Origin: Chrysochromulina tobinii
Taxonomy: Eukaryota
Length of the DNA stretch: 48,998 bases
NCBI GenBank assembly: GCA_001275005.1
Contig: JWZX01003387.1
Location: forward strand, 1-48,998
Reading direction: 5' to 3'
Shown: piece after piece, positions 40,475 through 48,998 of the stretch
Position numbering within the stretch: the first letter of the stretch is position 1
How the letters are laid out: the number at the start of each line of letters is the position of its first letter
The notes under the pieces: generated by a model
The model's input: only the letters and a program-made list of their open reading frames with translations
Told to the model about the DNA's origin: nothing
Databases searched by the model: none
Program-made: the position numbers and the translations under genes

Positions 40475-42100
40475 TCAGCAACAAGCTCCAGGCACTGTCT
40501 TCCGCCCGGCTAGAAAGCTGGTAAGATTTTGAAGCCACAGGTTGCGCGTGCACGCTTCAATCCGATGCAAGTCTCCTGTTTGCTTCCGTCTGTTGCCGCT
40601 TCTAGATCGTCCGTGTTTGGATGTACTCATGCACGCACGGCGAAAGTGAAGGAAGGGTGCTTGCCATGAGGCAGCCGGATCGACCTCCGTGTCGTCGGTG
40701 TCGAGGGCGGCATCACGACTCGATACCGTCTCGTAGTTTACGCTGGCATTCAATGACGGCACGTTCAAAGGAGGCCACAGCAAAAGATCGGGCAGCGTCC
40801 ACTGCACAGCCTTGGGATTCGAAACTTGCTCCTTAGCAAGGGGGCTCTCTGTCCAGACGGGCCGGGGCGCGGCAGCATCGCCTTTCCAAAGCTGGTCGGC
40901 GGTGCAGAGCCTGGGACGGCATCGCGAGTCTACGCGGCACTCCCAGTAACGCGCCCACTCGAGTTGCAAGGCCTCTCCAGCACTCGGCCAGAATGGTGCT
41001 GACCTTGTTGTTATCGTGCTTGCGTAGCCCACGTGGCGCATCGGCAGTGCCTCCGCACGGCGCTCGCCGAGCTTGACGCCGCAGCCAAACACACCAGCCC
41101 AAAACGAGAAGCCTGAGCTGCCCATCACGAACAGGTCAGCCTGTGACATCTGGATGAGCGCGTCGATGGTTGCATCGGCTGACGAGTCGAGGTGTATCTG
41201 CACTTCGGGTGCAATGGCGCGCACCGCCTCGGTGTCATTAGCTTGCCAGCCACGCTCTGAGAAGAGATCCACTTTCACGAACGGCGGTGCAAGCGGTCTA
41301 CCGAGCGCGCGGCGCACGCCAAGAAGCATGTCCAGCACAGTTGTCGTCTCAACCCAGTGTGGATGCGGCATCCTCGTCTTCGGCCCGAGATAGTACACGT
41401 CTCCGCGACGAACATGGACGCAAATACGTACAGGGCCGCCGTCAGTGGCACGAACCGCCGCTTGATCGGCTTCAGCAGCACGTCGGCGACGCACAAGAGC
41501 AGCGCGCCAAAAGCGCTCCCGCAACCACAGTGCTGTGTAGCGCACCTCGGGTGGATATGAGCAGGCCATGCCTGCCTTTACGAAGACTGGATCAGGAATC
41601 CCGTTTGCGCAGTCGTCAGTAAATGCTTGCCGTCCCTTTCGAAGCCACAAAGCGGAATTGTTCGGCAGCACTTTGATGCGTGCCGCAATGGTGGATGCAT
41701 TGCCTGCCGCGTGTGTCGGCTGTACGTACAGGTGCACTGGTTGGCCGTTGATGATTAACGCGCTGCTGCTGACCGTCAACAAGGGAGCGTAGACGGGTGG
41801 TACAACGCCGCGTGGGTCGCTCTCAAAGAAGTCGCTGAATGCAAGGCCAAGACCGTGTGCCATCGCTTGCGGCCGATGGAGGAGCCCGATGCCATGCCTC
41901 GAGGCGAGAGCGACGCCCGCCAAATAGGAATTTATGGCGTGTGCGAATCCTGCAAAGGTGTCCGTGTTTTTTAGCAGCCAGATGGAAGGCAGTGGCGTGG
42001 CACCTGCGCCTGGATCGCGTCGCATTCGATCCTTTAGGGAACGCATGCTCATTACCGGGTACCGGTACTTCACGTGAAGCTTTGGACGCCGCGCGCGCAT
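40475..42100 (-). CDS. Fucosyltransferase-like protein (GT11/GT23/NodZ-type motifs)
   Basis: ICVHVRRGDV; QMSQADLFVMGSSGFSFWAG; first ATG at 42100. Confidence 0.7.
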   Translation of the reverse strand: MRARRPKLHVKYRYPVMSMRSLKDRMRRDPGAGATPLPSIWLLKNTDTFAGFAHAINSYLAGVALASRHGIGLLHRPQAMAHGLGLAFSDFFESDPRGVVPPVYAPLLTVSSSALIINGQPVHLYVQPTHAAGNASTIAARIKVLPNNSALWLRKGRQAFTDDCANGIPDPVFVKAGMACSYPPEVRYTALWLRERFWRAALVRRRRAAEADQAAVRATDGGPVRICVHVRRGDVYYLGPKTRMPHPHWVETTTVLDMLLGVRRALGRPLAPPFVKVDLFSERGWQANDTEAVRAIAPEVQIHLDSSADATIDALIQMSQADLFVMGSSGFSFWAGVFGCGVKLGERRAEALPMRHVGYASTITTRSAPFWPSAGEALQLEWARYWECRVDSRCRPRLCTADQLWKGDAAAPRPVWTESPLAKEQVSNPKAVQWTLPDLLLWPPLNVPSLNASVNYETVSSRDAALDTDDTEVDPAASWQAPFLHFRRACMSTSKHGRSRSGNRRKQTGDLHRIEACTRNLWLQNLTSFLAGRKTVPGACC

Positions 42101-42224
42101 ACGTTGTACAGTAGGACGTAGTACCGCAGACGAGCTCAAGAGCTCTGCCCCAAGAGCTCAAGGCCGAGAGCTCAAGGCCGAGAGCTGTGAATTTAGATTC
42201 ATAGAGTAGGAATTTCCAGCGGCC

Positions 42225-45167
42225 ATGCAGATGAATGCTGGTGAGGCGATCGACTGTGCCCTTTACAAACTCACACGCTCGGTCGCAGATCGCAACGATG
42301 GCCTCGCCGAGATTAAGGCCCTGCTCAGCACCGAGACCAGTGCGATTACCGAGCGGCTCGGCGACGTGCTCGGAAGTGTGCTCACCCTGCTGAATCATCC
42401 AGAGCGACAGCGATCTGTCTCGGACGATGACTTCATGCTGGTGGCGGTGGTCTGCTCACTGATGAGTCATACGTCATTGCTCAGCGGAAGCACTGGGACG
42501 AGGCTGATGCCACGAGCGCAGCAGTGCCTGCGAGCAATGGTCGACCTGTGTGGGACACGCGCCGCCGCCAAGCTCGTGCCTTCAGACCATGCCTTGAAGA
42601 CGCACAAACTGACCACGATCAACATGTTCGCCACCCTCTCGGCCGCGAGCACCCAGGGCCCGGGCGTACAGATGCTCCTCTCAGAGCTCCCGTCCGTGCT
42701 GCGCGCGCTCGCCGCCGGCCTCGCTGCTGCACCAAAGTCTTGCCTCATCTGCCTCCGTCTGCTGCTCTCCGCCGACCGCGCCGCGATGCACGCGCACGCT
42801 GAGCTCTGGCTGCCCGGCGTCGTCGAGTTTGTGCTCGACGAGCTCAAAGAGGCGCGACTGGCTGACGCCGAGGCGGCGCGGCTCGCAGCCGCCGAGGCCA
42901 CCGGTAAGAAGGGGCCCGCTGTGAGCTCATCGGAGGCCAAGGACAAGAGCAAGGAGGCTGGCGAGGCGAAGGACAAGAGCAAGGAGGCTGACGAGGCCAA
43001 GGAGAACCAGGGCGGCGCAGGCAGCAGCGGCCGCCGCTCCCCGGTCGACTTCCACAACCACCCGCTATCAGCGCCTTCTGCCACTTTCGGACTTCCGCAA
43101 CCACCCACGGCCGGCGGTGGAGCGGGCGGCGGTGGTGCGGCCGTCGCTGGCGGTGGAGCGGGCGGCGGTGGTGCGGCCGTCGGTGGCGGTGAAGGGGGCG
43201 GTGAAGGGGTCGCCGGTGGGAGCGGCGGCGTTCGCGCGAACCGGGGCGGTGGCGTCCGCCACGGCAGCGGTGGCCGGCCAGAGCTCATCAGAGCTCATCA
43301 GAGCTCATCAGAGCTCATCAGCCAGGCCATCAGCTTGCTCGACGCCACGGCGCCGCTGACGCCGTCGCCGACGCCGCAGCGCACCCACGCGCTCTGTGAA
43401 CAGGTGTGGGAAGTGATCGCACGAACGCCGCCGGGGCTGCCCGAGCCGATCCTTCTACCGACGCCCACCACCAACGCGGCACGAGAGGAGGCAACAGCGC
43501 GCCTATGGGGTGCCGTGGCCGAGCTGCTGGGTCCCTATCTGGGCGAGCCCGACCGCCGCGATCAGCTGAACCAGTTCCTGACGCTACCGTCGGCTGGGTT
43601 TGGCGCGAAAGAGCCGTCCGACCGCTCTCCTGCGTACGCAATGCGTGCGGGCATGTTCCGCGCATGGCGACGGCTCGTACGTACTTGGACGCCGCTGATG
43701 GTCGATGCGGAGGACCGCTCGAATAGCGAGAGACGCCTCTCCCTTCTCATGATGCCGCTGCGTGATCTGTGGAAGGCCTGGGAGAGTTGGCCGTCGCTGC
43801 CCTCCGCAGCGCTGCCCCCGAGCGCGGGTACCTCGAGCGGCGTGCCCACCGTTAGCGGCGGCGCGCTGGGTGCTACGGGGCTCGCGCAGGTGGAAGAAGC
43901 GGCAGCCGCCTGCTGGTGCTCCGCGTGCGAGGCCCTCGGTGCGCGCGCCTTCCACCCGTCTGCGGATTCACTCTGGGCGCTCACTGTGCTGCCGATGGCG
44001 GCGCATCCACATCCACCGGTGCGCCAGGCGCTGCTGTCCACGCTCGATCAGGCGATGAGCGCCCACCACAGCGCTGTGATGGCGTGGCTCTGCCGCGCGA
44101 GTGGACGCGCGCTCTTTGGCGACATCATCCGCCGCGCCTCCACCGCGGAGGCGCACCTTCTGCGCTGCCACCACGGCGCCAGCGCACGGACGGGCGCTGC
44201 TGCGCCGGTGAGCGTCGCCGGTGCGGCCGCCAGCGGAAGCGGCGCCCAGTCGACCTCGGCCGCTGCCGGCTGGGACGCGGCTCGCGAGGCGACTGTCGTC
44301 GAGTGGACCTCGGGAGGCGCCTTGGGTGGTGGCGGGGCATGTCCCGCCACCCCCACGGCCGATCTCGAGGGCCTGCAGTGCAATGGCAGGGGCAGAAGCG
44401 GCGGTAGCGGCGGTAGCGCGCCCTCCTCCGAGCTGCGCCACCCGATCACTTCTTTGCGCATCATCTGCCGCTGCTGGCTGCGTGCGCTCCTTGGTCTGCT
44501 CGAGCTACCCGTTCCGGCGGTCGCCTCGAGCCTAGATGAGAAGCGGCGTGCCGTCTCTGACGTGTGCGGCGCTCTGCTCGCGACTGATCCGGCCGTCGCC
44601 TTCGCGCAGCTCGGCGATCAGCTCCTCGGCGATCAGCTGCGCGCTCTGCTTCTCTGTACTCCCGAGCTTGCAAGCCATACGCTACCTCGGCTCGGTAGCC
44701 TACTCTTCGACCCAACCATCGCCTCCGTCGGCTCCCCATGCATGTCAGCGGGAGCCTCGCTCTGCGTGGCCGCGGTGCGCGCCCTCGCGCTCCAGAGCAC
44801 CGACCCGCAGCTCGTGCGCCTGCGCCGAGACGGCGCTCGAGACGGCGCTCGAGACGGCGCTCGAGACGGCGCTCGCGACGGCGCCCCGAGCTCCACCGAG
44901 CTCGCGGGGGGCATCCAGGTGGTCGCACGGGTGGTTCAGTTGGTGCTTGAGGGTGCGATCCCTGAGCGGTGCTCGTCGGTGCTCCACGACGGCGCGTTCG
45001 CGCTCACAGCCGAAGCGATGCATGCATGGCAGATCCTCGCCGTGTATATGGCCGGGCAGGCGGCCTTGCGCGCCCGTGGCGCCGCGCACGCCCTCGCCCT
45101 CTGCCGGCCGCCGCCCTCGGCCGAGCAGCTCCAGGTGGTGCAGTTGCTCGGTCTCGGGCCAAAAGCA

Positions 45168-45203
<36 letters not shown>

Positions 45204-46445
45204 CACCACCCCGAATGCGTGCCAGAATGCTTGGCCAAGCTGAAGCACGCGGCGGTATGGAACCCCACAGCCTCCACTGGGGGCAAGCACCATTGGACAT
45301 GCCCCAACGTTGGGCGGCCGGGCTTCGTCGAGGCGCGTACTGCCGCGCATTTGGCCCGAACCGCCGATGCCGCCGCCGCCGCCGCCGCGCCATCCCATCC
45401 ATTCACAGCCGCCGCGCCGCCCCGTCCATTCACAGCCGATGCGCCACCGGTCTGGGCGACGGTGTGCACGACTCTGCTGCAGACGTCCCCGAAGCCCAGC
45501 CGACTCTTTGGCAGCGCCATCTCCGCGGACGCTGTGCGAGCCGTGTGGGAGGCGACGCTGCGAACGCTCGCGCATCTCGACCCCACCGAAGTGCGCTCAC
45601 TACGGCGCTCGACCCTCGCGCATCTCGACCCCACCGAAGTGCGCTCACTACGGCGCTCGACCCCACCGCTCCCTCTCATACCTGACTTGGGCGCTGAGTT
45701 GGGCGCTGTGAGCCCGTCGGATGAGCCGCCTGTGCCCGCGGATGCGGGCAACGGCCACAGCACCGACGCCAGCGCCAGTGCCGGCTCGAGTACCAAGTGG
45801 CTGTACAGCCTGATGAGCGAGGCGCTCGCGCCTGGTGTGGAACCAGCACTGCGCTTGCCCGCCGTCCGTTGGTGCCGCACACCCACACTCGTGAGCCTGC
45901 TGAGGGAAGAGACCCCACAGCTGGCCGCGCTAGCTGCGGCGCTTGCGGGCGTGCCGGGCCAGCAGCTGCACGGCGTCGCTGCGATCGCGACGGCGGACGG
46001 CGGAACAGTGCTTCCCTTTACGGACGTTACGGAGCGCGAGGACGAGCAGCAGGAGGAGGGGATGGAGCTCGACGATGACGACGACGACGACGACGGCGAC
46101 GACGGTGACGACGACGACGACGACGCATCCGAGGATGGCGCTGCTCCGCCCCTCGACAAGGCAAGATCCCTCGCGCGCAAGCGCAAACGTGCCGAGAGCG
46201 CGGGCGCGGGCGCTGCCGTGGGCGCCATTACTGAGGCCGTGCAGCACAGCCTGGCGGATGCACTGGCCCATGTCGAGTCGCTGAATGGGGGCGCTCTCGA
46301 GCGGATGAGGCCAGCCGAGCTGTTCAGCGTGCTCGAGGCGCTGGGCGAGCGTGCTATGCTGGCGACGCGGCTGCTCCGCGCGACGCAACGCGCGCAGCAG
46401 AAGGTCGCGCGCGCCCTGAGCAAGGTGCATAAGAAAGGTAACTAG
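42225..46445 (+). CDS. RIF1: RIF1-like protein (Rif1_N HEAT region and C-terminal helical motif); may contain unrecognised in-frame introns
   Basis: LWGAVAELLG..LNQFL..GF..FRAWRRLV..RRLSLLMMPL resembles the conserved Rif1 block; C-terminal LERMRPAELFSVLEAL resembles the RIF1 C-terminal domain. Confidence 0.7.
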
Positions 46446-46810
46446 GTACTAGTGATTGTGATTGTGAACATGTACAGACAAAACCATACAAGAATTGAAT
46501 TGTACTGAACCTGGTCCCATGACCTGGTCCGCCCTCGTCGGTCCTCGTCGAGGTCGAGCCGAGTACACTTCACTACACTCTACAGAGTACAGTCACCGGG
46601 GGTAAAACAAAATGGTTTTCGGCGCGGGCAAGCGCGGGCCAACGATCTGGGGGCGCAGACTGGCAATGCAGGACTTTAAGAACTTCCTACACGGAGCTGG
46701 AGCCGCGGCGGTGTGGGCCGGTCGGTGAGGACGAGTCGACGAGAGCGTGTGCATCACTGTCGGGTCGAGATCTCGGGTGCAGTGTGCCTGAGGGGAAAGT
46801 ATTGGAAAGC

Positions 46811-46863
46811 CCCTGCGCTCTTGGTTCGTGCTTGACAGTTTTGCACGAACCAAGAGCGCAGGG
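46811..46863. other. Perfect 21-bp inverted repeat with 11-nt loop
   Basis: CCCTGCGCTCTTGGTTCGTGC-ttgacagtttt-GCACGAACCAAGAGCGCAGGG. Confidence 0.95.
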
Positions 46864-46998
46864 ACCTTCTTCTGCTTACGGGTGATAAATGAAGAGCTTG
46901 ACATTCATTTTCACGATGCGACGTCCAGGGCTTTTCATGAGAAAAAACGGGTTCACACGTGAATCAGCCCCGCGCTCGGGAAAGTCTCCTCCGCTCCG

Positions 46999-47709
46999 AT
47001 GTGTCTCACTGCATGTTTTGCGACTCCGATGGCCGCGGAGGTGGTCGATAACATCACGTATATCGACTGCCAAACCACGGCGAAAGGCGCCGACGCCGAC
47101 TCGGCGCGCATTCGCGCACTTTCAAAGGCTATGCAAGATGCTCAGTTCCAAACGGGATCAGCCGCAGTGCACTTCAAGGGATTTGGTTCGGGCTACATCG
47201 CAGGCGCTGAGTTGGATGGGCAAATCCGCCTTCTGATCGAGCATATAAGAAAGGGTGGATACAAGTCGCTGGTGTGGGATGGCGACGATTACTGCGCGAC
47301 CGGCTTCACAGGTGTGCTTCCACGAATCAGGAAGGAGCTGCCCCAGCTGCGGATGGGCGCGGTGCTTTTAGCCAAGCACCGTGAAAAGCGCTTTCATGCT
47401 TCGTGGAGCGTGCTCACGGGCGACAGCGAAGGGCACATCGGGCCGTTCGACTGCTTCCTTGTGGACGAATGCGTCTCCGAGGGCGGCTACGAGGCGCTCG
47501 GTTGGCTCATGCTGCGGGCCACGTGCGCGAAGAAGGTGGTGCTGCTTGGTGGTGGTGTCGTCGTCAAGGGCGAGTACGATCTGATGCAAGCGGCGGCGGA
47601 GGCGGGCACTCACCCGCAGGTTGACTTCAAGCTTTTTGATGTCGCACGGGTCCTAGCCACGGGCGAGGAGCAGCGATCAGCGCTTCTAGGCGTGCTCCCG
47701 AAGGCGTAA
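46999..47709 (+). CDS. Hypothetical alpha/beta protein (236 aa; start may be 47029)
   Basis: Globular-looking ORF with VHFKGFGSG, LVWDGDD and VVLLGGG motifs; family not recognised. Confidence 0.65.
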   Translation: MCLTACFATPMAAEVVDNITYIDCQTTAKGADADSARIRALSKAMQDAQFQTGSAAVHFKGFGSGYIAGAELDGQIRLLIEHIRKGGYKSLVWDGDDYCATGFTGVLPRIRKELPQLRMGAVLLAKHREKRFHASWSVLTGDSEGHIGPFDCFLVDECVSEGGYEALGWLMLRATCAKKVVLLGGGVVVKGEYDLMQAAAEAGTHPQVDFKLFDVARVLATGEEQRSALLGVLPKA

Positions 47710-48142
47710 GGGTAAGCGTTCGCGGGCGGGTCCGACACGTTGACGAGGTGCGCCCTTCGTGGTGTGAGGGTGCGTGGTGCTGCCTAGTACTTCTGGAGTT
47801 GGTGCTGCCTAGTACTTCTGAGCAACCGCTGGTCATGAATGCTGGCTCGAACCACCTCGCCTCGTCAGTGGTTTCGTGTCAGCCGGCAACAGCCGTGTCG
47901 CACCACTGCGGGATTCCGGATCGAAAGGCAAACTAAGAGGCGAGAGGGCGGGAGGCGAGAGGGCGGGAACCATCGATCGCATGAAAAAGGTCGGTCCCAA
48001 TAGCACCTGATACAAAAAAACCGAGCGCGTGTGCTTATACGATATTAAGTATTAACTATGTGCATGTGCCCCGAGACAAGGTCCCACCGGCGGTGTGGGC
48101 CGGGCGCGTCACCAAAATTGACAGGATCCGCGCCATGACCGC

Positions 48143-48998
48143 CTACGACGACCGCGACCCAACCACGTGCGTGCCACGCCCTGGCAGGATCCCGTATGCA
48201 GCCTCGGCGATCGCTCGATCGGTGGCGTAGTTGGAGGTGGCACTGGCCGGCCCCGTGTATTGGTGACCGACGTTGAAGACGCCCGTGCCTCCTCGCGCAG
48301 AGGGGGCGGTCTGAGGCGCGCTCGTGCGCAGACCGTTGTTACCGATCACGCCCGTCGTGAACTCGTTTCCATGTCCTCCTGCGTGACGCGGCTCATAGTA
48401 CGCCGGGTTGGCTGCCCGCTGGAGCCTCTGCTCATTCGGATTGGTGGCGAGGTGGAGGCGCGTACCAGTCGGCACGCGGTCGTCGATCCGCGCGATGCGC
48501 CCATTTGCGTCGCGCAGCGGGTCAGATCCGAGGTGCTTCGCAAGCCCCAGGCCGTTGGCGACGAAGCCGGCAGCGGTCGGCTGGCGTGCATCGACGAGCC
48601 CCTTGTATGGAGCGGTGGCCGAGAAGCGACCGCAGTAGTAGGCGCCGTGCACGAGCCGACACGAGCCAAAGGTGAAGTAGTCCACATCGGTCGAGTAGAG
48701 CTCCGCGGCCTTGAATGCCTTGGAGTTGGCGGCGTAGTAGCACTTCCAGTATGAGTACTCGAAGGCGGGTGGCGGCATCGGCGGCGAGGGCGGGGGCGGC
48801 GGCGAGGGCGGCGGCGGCGGTGAGGGTGGCGGTTCGGGTGGCGGCGAGGGCGGCGGCGGCGAGGGAGGCGGCGGCGAGGGCGGTGGCGAAGGGGGAGGCG
48901 ACGGAGGCGGAAACGGAGGCGGGCGTGGCGGCGGTGGTGAGGGCGGCGGAGGTGAGGGGGGAGGTGAGGGCGGTGATGAGGGCGGCGGAGGCGAGGGC
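48143..48998 (-). CDS. 3' part of a protein with extensin-like (SPPPP)n stalk and ~210-aa C-terminal domain; 5' end outside the window
   Basis: Open frame from the window edge; Ser-Pro repeats 48760-48998; Tyr/Cys/Gly-rich terminal domain. Confidence 0.75.
   Translation of the reverse strand, partial: PSPPPPSSPPSPPPSPPPPSPPPPRPPPFPPPSPPPSPPPSPPPPSPPPPSPPPEPPPSPPPPPSPPPPPSPPMPPPAFEYSYWKCYYAANSKAFKAAELYSTDVDYFTFGSCRLVHGAYYCGRFSATAPYKGLVDARQPTAAGFVANGLGLAKHLGSDPLRDANGRIARIDDRVPTGTRLHLATNPNEQRLQRAANPAYYEPRHAGGHGNEFTTGVIGNNGLRTSAPQTAPSARGGTGVFNVGHQYTGPASATSNYATDRAIAEAAYGILPGRGTHVVGSRSS

Noticed and set aside
24767..42100. Glycosylation gene cluster (GT61-, GT-B-, fucosyltransferase-like, hydroxylase)
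   Set aside because: Interspersed with unrelated housekeeping genes; no evidence of co-regulation, and these families can be large in algae.
44936..46423. 495-aa minus-strand ORF and similar long antisense ORFs throughout
   Set aside because: Ser/Ala/Arg-rich shadows of real genes, as expected in high-GC DNA.

Overview
This is GC-rich, gene-dense eukaryotic nuclear DNA with few introns and short intergenic gaps. It is most likely from a haptophyte-like alga; this is inferred from a plastid-type Deg protease and glutaredoxin, GTGCGC- and GC-type splice donors, and the microsatellite style. About 24 protein-coding genes are supported, many in head-to-head pairs. They include an EF-hand mitochondrial carrier, Deg protease, SHAQKYF MYB, GH30 hydrolase, CBP80/NCBP1, Sfi1-like and filamin-repeat proteins, an Asp/Asn beta-hydroxylase, a DHHC palmitoyltransferase, three glycosyltransferase-like genes, patatin, an NTPase-glycosylase fusion, TRAP-alpha, a NIPA transporter and RIF1. 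No rRNA, tRNA, CRISPR array or transposase was recognised. The most notable observations are: (1) a 7-copy tandem array of ~80-bp units that each fold into a hairpin, with a decayed dispersed copy; (2) an intron whose 5' end copies the next exon (28/30 nt); (3) an NTPCR-type NTPase fused to a UDG-fold glycosylase-like domain; (4) an SCaMC-type EF-hand domain on a UCP/oxoglutarate-type carrier; (5) a giant-virus-like glycosyltransferase; (6) a TTAA-flanked Kolobok-like MITE. All family calls come from motifs recognised by eye; no searches were run.
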